DNA of 64,000 nucleotides from Hyphomicrobium sp. (GTDB lineage Bacteria; Pseudomonadota; Alphaproteobacteria; Rhizobiales; Hyphomicrobiaceae): NCBI GenBank assembly GCA_016793445.1, contig JAEUME010000012.1, positions 2,607 to 66,606 of the forward strand, read 5' to 3'. Shown piece by piece: positions 56,721 to 64,000 of this stretch (position 1 is its first letter; each line of letters starts with the position of its first letter). The notes under the pieces were generated by a model. It saw only the letters and a program-made list of their open reading frames with translations, ran no database searches and was not told where the DNA came from. The position numbers and the translations under genes were made by a program.

Positions 56721-57683
56721 ATGCGCGTGCTGGTGACTGGCGCAACAGGATTTGTCGGGCGCGCGCTCGTGCAAGACTTGGCGCGGCGCGGTTATCACGT
56801 TGTGGCCGGTGTACGTACGGCTCTACGCGCGCCCCATGCAGCCGCCGATAAGATCGTGGCGGGGGCAGCCGGCACGGTGGCCATGCCCGATCTCTCTGCG
56901 CCTTTCGAAGCCGGTTCCATCGTCAAAGGTGTGGAGGGCGTGGTGCATCTTGCGGGCCTTGCGCATTCCTCAGCCGAAATTCCCGAAGCAGCCTATCAGG
57001 CGATCAACTGCGCCGCTGCGCGCACGCTCGCGCAGGCGGCACGGGAGGAAGGCGTGCGGCGCTTCATCTACGTATCGTCCGTGCGGGCGCAATCCGGACC
57101 GGGCGCTAAGACCGTTCTGACCGAGGACGATGTGCCCGCGCCGAGCGACGCCTACGGCCGCTCCAAGCTCGCAGGCGAAACGGCCGTTGCCGGCGTGCTG
57201 AGGGGATCGCAATGCGAGGCCGTCATCCTGCGCCCCGTCCTGATGTACGGTCCCAATCCCAAAGGAAATATGGCCACGCTGGAACGGCTGGCGCGCAGCC
57301 CTGCGCCGTTGCCCCTGGGCGGCCTGCCTGCGCGCCGCTCCTTGCTCGGCCTTGCCAACTTCAGCGATGCGGTCGCCTTTGCGCTGGATGCGCCGCAGGC
57401 CGCTGGTGGGACGTTCCTGCTCGCCGACGCAGGGCCGCCGTTGACGCTGGGCGATATGGTGGCGGCGCTCCGGGCTGGCCTGGGGCGAAGGCCCGGCATC
57501 GTTCCGCTGCCGCTGCCGGGGGTGCGCGCCTTGCTGGCCCGGGCTGGCAAGCCGGATACCGCAGCGCGGCTGTTTGAGGATCTTGTCGTGTCGACCGGCA
57601 AACTGGCGGCGGCGGGCTGGCGTGCGCCGTTGACCAGCACCCAGGGCCTGGCTGCGGCGATCCTGAGTTCGCGAGGCGATTGA
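56721..57683 (+). CDS. NAD-dependent epimerase/dehydratase family protein
   Basis: MRVLVTGATGFVGRAL and YGRSK (YxxxK) are present. Confidence 0.8.
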   Translation: MRVLVTGATGFVGRALVQDLARRGYHVVAGVRTALRAPHAAADKIVAGAAGTVAMPDLSAPFEAGSIVKGVEGVVHLAGLAHSSAEIPEAAYQAINCAAARTLAQAAREEGVRRFIYVSSVRAQSGPGAKTVLTEDDVPAPSDAYGRSKLAGETAVAGVLRGSQCEAVILRPVLMYGPNPKGNMATLERLARSPAPLPLGGLPARRSLLGLANFSDAVAFALDAPQAAGGTFLLADAGPPLTLGDMVAALRAGLGRRPGIVPLPLPGVRALLARAGKPDTAARLFEDLVVSTGKLAAAGWRAPLTSTQGLAAAILSSRGD

Positions 57684-57714
57684 CCGCGGCTTGCGTTGTG
57701 CCTATTTGACCCCC

Positions 57715-58221
57715 ATGAGCATCCTGCCGATCATCACCATCCCCGATCCGGTCCTGAGGAAGATCTCCGAGCCCGTCGAGCGTGTCGACGCGCAGACCCT
57801 CCGGTTGATGGACGACATGCTGGAAACCATGTATGCGGCGCCCGGCGTCGGCTTGGCGGCGATCCAGGTTGGCGTGCCCAGGCGCGTGGTCGTGATCGAC
57901 ACGTCCGAAGAGGATGAGGAAAAGAGCCCGCTTTGTCTCATCAATCCCGAGATCGTTGGGCTTGGACAAAAGACGCGGCTCTACGAGGAAGGCTGCTTGT
58001 CCATTCCGGATGTGCGCGTCGAAATCGAGCGCCCCGAAATGGTGACGATCCGCTACATCGATCGCGAGGGCCAGCTGCAAGAGCTGTCGGCGGACGGGCT
58101 TCTTGCAACCGCGATCCAGCATGAGCTCGATCATCTCGACGGCCAGCTCATCATCGATTTTCTGTCGCGGCTGAAGCGGGATATGATCATCCGCAAGTTC
58201 AAGAAAGCCAAGCGCGAGTAG
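57715..58221 (+). CDS. def: Peptide deformylase
   Basis: GVGLAAIQVG, EGCLS and HELDHL motifs are present. Confidence 0.95.
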   Translation: MSILPIITIPDPVLRKISEPVERVDAQTLRLMDDMLETMYAAPGVGLAAIQVGVPRRVVVIDTSEEDEEKSPLCLINPEIVGLGQKTRLYEEGCLSIPDVRVEIERPEMVTIRYIDREGQLQELSADGLLATAIQHELDHLDGQLIIDFLSRLKRDMIIRKFKKAKRE

Positions 58222-58280
58222 CTTTGAAGCGCGGCCGCGCTTCATAGACAGACCCCACGGCCTTTAGGGAATACTGCAAA

Positions 58281-59219
58281 ATGGCGTTGCGCATCGTGTT
58301 CATGGGCACGCCCCAGTTTTCGGTCCCGGTTCTTGAAGCAATTATCGCGGCGGGCCACGAGCTGATTGCCGTTTACACGCAGCCCCCCCGTCCCGCGGGC
58401 CGCGGCATGGCGGAGCAAAAATCGCCCGTGCACCTGGCCGCCGAGGCCCACGGGATCCGTGTTCGCACGCCACGCAATTTCAAGGCCGAGGAAGATCGCG
58501 CCGCATTTGCAGCTCTGAAGGCGGATGTCGCGGTCGTCGCCGCTTATGGGCTGCTGCTGCCGAAGGACATTCTCGATGCGCCGCGCCTCGGCTGCTTCAA
58601 TGTGCATGCCTCGCGTCTGCCGCGCTGGCGCGGCGCCGCACCCATTCAGCGCGCCATCATGGCGGGAGATGAGTCCACGGCCGTCATGGTGATGCGCATG
58701 GAGGAGGGGCTCGATACCGGACCCGTCTGCCTGTCGAGAACCGTTCTCATCGGACCAGGGATGACGGCGGGCGATCTTCATGATGAACTTTCCGCAGCCG
58801 GTGCGCCGTTGATGGTGGAAGCTCTCGCGCAACTGGAGTCGGGGACGCTTGCTCAGACGGCACAGTCTGAAGACGGCGTCACATATGCGGCCAAGATCGA
58901 CAAACGGGAAGCGCGCATCGACTTCGCGCGGCCAGCCAAACTCGTGGCGGCACATATTCGCGGCCTGTCGCCCTATCCGGGTGCGTGGCTTGAATTGCCC
59001 GGACCCGCGTCCGAGCGCCTGAAAGTCTTGAACGCTGTCGAGGTGCCCGGCGCCGGGGAGCCGGGAGAGGTCATCGGCAACGATCTCACGATCGCATGCG
59101 CGACCGGCGCGGTGCGACTTATCCGCGTCCAGCGGTCTGGAAAAAAGGCAGTGACTGCTGAGGAATTCATGCGCGGGTTTTCGTTACCCCTGGGCACGCG
59201 CCTCATCCAATACGGTTGA
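58281..59219 (+). CDS. fmt: Methionyl-tRNA formyltransferase
   Basis: [31 protein letters not shown] are present, and the gene follows def. Confidence 0.95.
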   Translation: MALRIVFMGTPQFSVPVLEAIIAAGHELIAVYTQPPRPAGRGMAEQKSPVHLAAEAHGIRVRTPRNFKAEEDRAAFAALKADVAVVAAYGLLLPKDILDAPRLGCFNVHASRLPRWRGAAPIQRAIMAGDESTAVMVMRMEEGLDTGPVCLSRTVLIGPGMTAGDLHDELSAAGAPLMVEALAQLESGTLAQTAQSEDGVTYAAKIDKREARIDFARPAKLVAAHIRGLSPYPGAWLELPGPASERLKVLNAVEVPGAGEPGEVIGNDLTIACATGAVRLIRVQRSGKKAVTAEEFMRGFSLPLGTRLIQYG

Positions 59220-59321
59220 TATTAAGTATAGCCCGAAATCCTCTCTTCTTGCCGGCGCACAAGCCTTTAGAGTTGCCTTGAAGGCCTCGTGCCGCGTTCA
59301 AGTCGCATAAGGATAAGATCC

Positions 59322-59738
59322 ATGCTTCGCGCTCTCAGCATCTGCGTCGCCGCTGCTGCCGGTTTGACACTTTCCACTGCTGCTACGCTCGCTCAGAGTA
59401 CGACGCGCATAGAGACGCGCCCCTTCTATGGCGCAACGGTCACGCTGGAATCCGGCGTGCGTGTGTTTCGCCCGCTGCCGCCGGAGCGTCAGGTCATCAT
59501 CAATCCCGAAGGCAAGACGCCGCTGTCGCTCGGGTTCAACGAAACCAACATCTACGAACGCCGTGTGATCAAGAGCTACAATTATACCGAAGGTGGCCAG
59601 GGCAGCGCGCCGCGCGACAACGCCGTGGGCGGTTTTTACGGCTGGGGCCTGCCTTATGGCTACAACCGCGGTTACGGCAACCGAGGCGGTCATGGCGGAC
59701 ACCACGGCCATGGCGGCGGCGGCGTTCCTGTTCCCTAA
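59322..59738 (+). CDS. Secreted protein with a Gly/His-rich C-terminal tail (138 aa)
   Basis: AAGGA lies upstream of the ATG at 59322. The signal peptide is MLRALSICVAAAAGLTLSTAATLAQ. The tail reads YGYNRGYGNRGGHGGHHGHGGGG. Confidence 0.6.
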   Translation: MLRALSICVAAAAGLTLSTAATLAQSTTRIETRPFYGATVTLESGVRVFRPLPPERQVIINPEGKTPLSLGFNETNIYERRVIKSYNYTEGGQGSAPRDNAVGGFYGWGLPYGYNRGYGNRGGHGGHHGHGGGGVPVP

Positions 59739-59838
59739 GAGGGCGCGACTCCGTCTCGACAATCGCGTTTCTTGAGCCGGTGGCCGGGAGCGGGTAGGGA
59801 TGGGACTTCGCCCATCCTCCCATGCCGCTCATTCAGCT

Positions 59839-60612
59839 ATGCCGCGCTATCGCATTACCATCGAGTATGACGGAACGTGCTTCGTGGGCTGGCAAGCCCA
59901 GGCGCAGGGCGTCTCCGTGCAAAGCGCCCTCCAGGAGGCGATCCAGCGCTTTTGTGGCGAAAGCGCGATTGTCAAGGGAGCCGGGCGCACCGATGCCGGA
60001 GTGCATGCGTGGGGGCAGGTCGCGCATTTTGATCTTGTCAAAAGCTGGGACCCTTTCCGCGTTCAGGAGGCAATCAATTTCCACCTGAAGCCGCATGCGG
60101 CAGTCGTACTCGAGTGTGCGGTCGTGGGCGAAGACTTCGATGCGCGATTCAGTGCCGTTCAGCGCCACTACGTCTATCGCATCCTGTGCAGGCGGGCGCG
60201 GCCGGTCCTGGATGCCAACCGCGTGTGGTGGCTACCGCACGATTTGGATCATGATGCCATGGCGGACGCCGCGTCCGTATTCGTGGGGCGGCATGACTTC
60301 ACGACGTTTCGGGCTGCGCAGTGTCAGGCGCAGTCACCACTCAAGACGCTCGACGCCTTCGCCGTCGCAAGGTCCGGTCTGGAGATTCGCCTGTCGGTTT
60401 CGGCCAGGTCTTTTCTGCACAATCAGGTGCGATCCATGGTTGGCAGCCTCAAGCTCGTCGGCGAGGGCAAGTGGAACCGTACGGATCTCGCAGCCGCCCT
60501 TGCAGCACGCGACCGTACACGTTGTGGTCCCGTAGCCCCGGCTGCCGGGCTCTATCTTGCGCGTGTCGATTATCCGGCTCCAGCCGGCGAGAGGGCATTG
60601 CGGGTAACGTAG
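59839..60612 (+). CDS. truA: tRNA pseudouridine(38-40) synthase
   Basis: MPRYRITIEYDGTCFVGWQ.Q and GAGRTDAGVHA (catalytic Asp) are present. Confidence 0.9.
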   Translation: MPRYRITIEYDGTCFVGWQAQAQGVSVQSALQEAIQRFCGESAIVKGAGRTDAGVHAWGQVAHFDLVKSWDPFRVQEAINFHLKPHAAVVLECAVVGEDFDARFSAVQRHYVYRILCRRARPVLDANRVWWLPHDLDHDAMADAASVFVGRHDFTTFRAAQCQAQSPLKTLDAFAVARSGLEIRLSVSARSFLHNQVRSMVGSLKLVGEGKWNRTDLAAALAARDRTRCGPVAPAAGLYLARVDYPAPAGERALRVT

Positions 60613-60648
60613 CACGCGCCCGAAGATGCGCCGGGCGATTGAGCGGTC

Positions 60649-61245
60649 TCAGCTGCCGCGCTCAAGGTCGTCCGTCACCATGGCCAGGAACTCCTGGCGC
60701 GTCATCGCATTATCGCGGAACACTCCAAGCATGCGGCTCGTCACCATATCGGTGCCGTGCTTGTGAACGCCGCGGGTCGTCATGCAGTGATGCTCGGCCT
60801 TGATCACCACGCCAACGCCGTCGGGCCGCAGTACCGCGTCGACGGTATTGGCAATTTGAGCGGTCATTTTTTCCTGGATCTGCAGTCGCTTTGCGAAGGC
60901 ATCGACAACCCGCGCCAGTTTGGAGATGCCGACCACGCGGCCTTTGGGAATGTAGGCGACCCAGGCCCGGCCAACGATGGGCGCCATGTGGTGCTCGCAA
61001 TGGCTCTCAAAACGAATGCCGCGCAACACGATCATTTCGTCATAGCCTTCGATTTCCTCGAAGGTCTTTTTCAGAATTGCTTCTGGGTCATCATTGTAGC
61101 CCTTGAAGAACTCTTGATAGGCGCGGGCAACCCGTCCGGGTGTATCCTTCAGGCCATCGCGCGAAGGATCGTCGCCAGTCCAGCGTATAAGTGTCTTGAT
61201 GGCAGATTCAACTTCTGCGCGGCTTGGCTTCTTATCCGTGGCCAT
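60649..61245 (-). CDS. folE: GTP cyclohydrolase I
   Basis: SHCEHHM, GRV.GISK and CMTTRGV motifs are present. Confidence 0.9.
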   Translation of the reverse strand: MATDKKPSRAEVESAIKTLIRWTGDDPSRDGLKDTPGRVARAYQEFFKGYNDDPEAILKKTFEEIEGYDEMIVLRGIRFESHCEHHMAPIVGRAWVAYIPKGRVVGISKLARVVDAFAKRLQIQEKMTAQIANTVDAVLRPDGVGVVIKAEHHCMTTRGVHKHGTDMVTSRMLGVFRDNAMTRQEFLAMVTDDLERGS

Positions 61246-61387
61246 CTTACCTCTGGATTTTAGTTTGAAGGGCTTGAATAATCGAGCCCTATGTCACATT
61301 GGCACTACCGTGTACCATGCGTACCCGCTACTACAAGCGTGTACAGCATGAAGGCTGGTCTCGTCAGGGCCGGGGGAATATAAGGCC

Positions 61388-62692
61388 TTGGTCTTTACTC
61401 ATGAACTTGATCGTTCGCGCCATCCCGTCGGCACGCGGCTGTGGGGGATCTGCATCGGCACGTGGCTGATGGGCGCGGTTGCCGTGTGCATGGTCAGTCC
61501 ACGCACCGTCGCGTTCACGTTGCCAGTGCTGGTCATTGCGCTGATCCTGTCCCACGTCCTGCGTGAAGGCGCGACCTTCGACGCATTTCCAGGTGTTGTT
61601 CGTCTCTCCGCAGCCGCATTGACCTTCGGCGCGTTCGCGCTTCTGAGCTCGGCGTGGGCCGAGGAATCCCTAGCTTCGCTTACGGCTGCCGGCGCGGCGT
61701 TCGCCTGGCTCTTGGTGGCGATCGCGGGTATAGCGCTCATCCTCACCGAGCCGCGGCACAATGAATACCATATGGCCGAGGGGCTTTGGATCGGGCTGAT
61801 GGCCGGGCTTGCCTATCTGCTCGTGGAAATCCTGAGCGAGCAGGCCATCAAGATCTTTCTTTACAATGCGCTCCACGTGCCCAAGTCATGGCTGCGTCCA
61901 CCGTCCGCTTTTACGTGGGCGGGCGGCCGTGTTGTCGCCATATCGCCATTTGATCTGACGCGTTCCATCGCACCCGTCGCGCTGCTGCTGTGGTCGGCCC
62001 TTCTGTGTCTGCGTGTGACGGCGCCGCGCAACAACGCGGTGCTGTGGGGCTGGCTGCTCTACGCTCTGGCCGTCGCGGTCATCATGGTATCCGAGCACGA
62101 AACCTCCAAGGTTGCGATTGTCGTGGCGTCCCTCGTGTTCATGTTGTCGCGATGGAACGCAACGGCCGCCGCCTGGCTGTTGCGCATCGGCTGGGTGACG
62201 GCATGTCTGGCGGTGATTCCTGTGGCTCTGAGCCTTTACAGAGCCAACCTTCATACCGCGCCATGGTTACAGCTTACCGCGCAGCACCGGATCATTATCT
62301 GGAACAACACCGCTGAGCACGCGCTGGAAGCGCCGGTGGTGGGGATTGGTGCCGGGATGATGTATCAGCTTGACGAGGAAGGCGCCATGAGCGCCCAAAG
62401 AAAGGACAATCTCCCGGCAAATGCCCCCCATGCCCACAACGTCTTCCTTCAGACGTGGTTCGAGCTTGGCGCGATGGGTGCGGCGCTGCTCGCTCTGTTC
62501 GGCTTGAGCCTCGTCGAAGCGATTCAAAGGAGCGCACGGCGGATCCAACCCTATGGGCATGCGACGATGGCGGCGGCCATGTGCCTGACGGCCGCGAGCT
62601 ACGGCATGTGGCAAGCATGGTTCCTGGCCATGTTTGCCTTGGCGGCCATTTGTTACACGCTTGCGATCCGAGTCAACGCGCCGGGTGCGTGA
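61388..62692 (+). CDS. O-antigen ligase (Wzy_C)-family membrane protein
   Basis: It is polytopic, with a periplasmic loop carrying PHAHNVFLQTWFELGAMG, typical of WaaL/O-antigen ligase proteins. The start (TTG 61388 or ATG 61469) is uncertain. Confidence 0.65.
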   Translation: MVFTHELDRSRHPVGTRLWGICIGTWLMGAVAVCMVSPRTVAFTLPVLVIALILSHVLREGATFDAFPGVVRLSAAALTFGAFALLSSAWAEESLASLTAAGAAFAWLLVAIAGIALILTEPRHNEYHMAEGLWIGLMAGLAYLLVEILSEQAIKIFLYNALHVPKSWLRPPSAFTWAGGRVVAISPFDLTRSIAPVALLLWSALLCLRVTAPRNNAVLWGWLLYALAVAVIMVSEHETSKVAIVVASLVFMLSRWNATAAAWLLRIGWVTACLAVIPVALSLYRANLHTAPWLQLTAQHRIIIWNNTAEHALEAPVVGIGAGMMYQLDEEGAMSAQRKDNLPANAPHAHNVFLQTWFELGAMGAALLALFGLSLVEAIQRSARRIQPYGHATMAAAMCLTAASYGMWQAWFLAMFALAAICYTLAIRVNAPGA

Positions 62693-62824
62693 GAAAGCCT
62701 GCCGGGACACGCACGGCACCAACGCCCCTCGTTTTGCTGGCTCAAGGCCCCTTCCTGCGAAGGGGATGGCAATTGCCGCGCCGCTTTTCTCTTGGCTCAG
62801 ATGGCGACTCTGTTTGCAAAAGTC

Positions 62825-62853
62825 GCAAAAAAAGGCGGGCCACGTTGCCCGCC
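62825..62853 (-). terminator. Rho-independent terminator after phaZ
   Basis: The GGCGGGC-cacgtt-GCCCGCC stem is followed on the minus strand by TTTTTTTGCG. An extra perfect 9-bp hairpin GCGCGCAGA-aat-TCTGCGCGC lies at 62867..62887. Confidence 0.7.
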
Positions 62854-62889
62854 TCACTCTACTGCCGCGCGCAGAAATTCTGCGCGCGA

Positions 62890-64000
62890 TCATTCTCCCG
62901 CGATCGTTACGCTATGACCGTTGGCGCCATTCAAGTGGCCGTTGGCTTTCTTGACGCTGTCGGTTCCCGTCGCAATCGTGCGCGAGCCTTTTTTGCGGCG
63001 ATGCTCGACCGTCCGGATGAACTCGCGAATTCGCGGCTGAATCTCGGTACGCCAGCGCGTGCCGTTGAACACGCCATAATGGCCGACACCCGGCTGCACG
63101 TAGTGCACCTTCATTTCATCCGGAATCTCTGAGCAGAGCTCTTGGGCGGCTTCGGTCTGGCCAAGACCGCAAATGTCGTCTCTCTCGCCTTCGACCGTCA
63201 TCAGGGCACAGGTGCTGATCGCTCTACAATCCACATACTCGCTGCGGTGGTACAGTGTGCGGTCGGGAAGAGAATGGTCTTGGAATACGGTCTTCACGGT
63301 CTGCAGATAGAACTCAGCGGTCAAATCCATGACCGAAAGATACTCTTCGTAGAATTCCTGGTGCTGCTTGACGCTGTCACAGTCGCCCTGCACCAGGTTC
63401 TTGAACAGGTCCATGTGCGCGTTCATGTGCCGCTCAAGGTTCATCGTCATGAACCCGGTGAGCTGCATGAACCCCGGATAGACAGGACGCAGGAATCCGG
63501 CGTGAGGAAAGGGCACGGTGGAAATGACGTTGTTTTCAAACCAATCGATCGAGCGGGTCGCCGCAAGTTCGTTGACCTTGGTCGGATTACGTCGCGTATC
63601 GATCGGGCCGCCCATCAGCACGAGCGAAGCAGGCTGAATGTCGTCGTTTCGCGAAGCCATCACTGCGGCGGCGACGAGCGAAGGAACGGCCGGCTGGCAG
63701 ACCGCGATGACGTGGGTGTCGGGGCCGATGAACCGCACCATATCAATGACGTAGTCGACGAAGTCGTTGAAATCAAACCGGCCCAGGGCGAGAGGAATGT
63801 CACGTGCATCGACCCAGTCGGTGATATAGACCTCGTGCTCGCGCAGCATGGCCTCAACGGTGCCACGCAACAGGGTGGCATAATGGCCTGACATAGGCGC
63901 GACGAGCAGGACCTTGGGATCGTTGCGTTGCGCCGTCACATCGGGGTCACGACGGAAGTGTACAAGATTGCAGAATGGCTTAGCGAGGACGATTTCCTCG
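62890..64000 (-). CDS. phaZ: Intracellular poly(3-hydroxyalkanoate) depolymerase, 3' portion (the 5' end is outside the window)
   Basis: VLLVAPMSGHYATLLRGTVEAML and YITDWVDAR are present. The reading frame stays open upstream of the track's GTG (..EEIVLAKPFCNLVHFRRDPDV) to the window edge. Confidence 0.8.
   Translation of the reverse strand, partial: EEIVLAKPFCNLVHFRRDPDVTAQRNDPKVLLVAPMSGHYATLLRGTVEAMLREHEVYITDWVDARDIPLALGRFDFNDFVDYVIDMVRFIGPDTHVIAVCQPAVPSLVAAAVMASRNDDIQPASLVLMGGPIDTRRNPTKVNELAATRSIDWFENNVISTVPFPHAGFLRPVYPGFMQLTGFMTMNLERHMNAHMDLFKNLVQGDCDSVKQHQEFYEEYLSVMDLTAEFYLQTVKTVFQDHSLPDRTLYHRSEYVDCRAISTCALMTVEGERDDICGLGQTEAAQELCSEIPDEMKVHYVQPGVGHYGVFNGTRWRTEIQPRIREFIRTVEHRRKKGSRTIATGTDSVKKANGHLNGANGHSVTIAGE

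Overview
This 64-kb window is a high-GC alphaproteobacterial chromosome segment. Gene order and protein signatures look Hyphomicrobiales/Rhizobiales-like, but the organism cannot be named from the sequence alone. Most of the window is tightly packed housekeeping DNA: aat-accC-accB-aroQ, a DsbA-like oxidoreductase and an M48/TPR protease, rne, amiC-mrcA-prfB (with the classical +1 frameshift site), and a UspA/Hsp20 pair. It continues with a PAS hybrid kinase, an OmpR-type regulator and a FixK-like regulator, an AceE-like TPP enzyme, and a yejABEF-type ABC importer with two binding proteins. The remainder holds a cytochrome c, kdsB-pheA, ffs-dnaX-ybaB-recR, a MATE pump, a small surface-polysaccharide cluster, def-fmt-truA, folE, an O-antigen-ligase-like protein and the 3' part of phaZ. 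Two patches do not fit this background. (i) Region 1..~5650 is visibly lower in GC and ORFan-rich. It contains a three-gene operon ending in a truncated RFC/clamp-loader-like AAA+ ATPase, a cassette of three tiny genes (one RHH-like), a palindrome shared between two intergenic sites, an ~0.8-kb ORF-poor gap, and paralogous membrane-anchored genes at both ends. No integrase, tRNA or known defence gene is visible, so this is the best candidate for an undescribed module, but its function cannot be inferred here. (ii) Region ~14230..17880 is an accessory patch of decayed exo-enzyme genes, small membrane or secreted ORFans and a duplicated ~200-bp leader. Its serralysin-like pseudogene has the HEIGHALGLSHP zinc motif on the opposite strand, exactly where the ORF should encode it. 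Other notable items are Tyr-rich and His-rich secreted low-complexity proteins, a 109-bp structured dispersed repeat (two copies), an SRP RNA hidden inside an over-extended dnaX ORF, and a structured folE leader. Many long ORFs in the track are antisense shadows of real high-GC genes and were rejected. All functional calls rest on motif recognition by eye; no database search was run.
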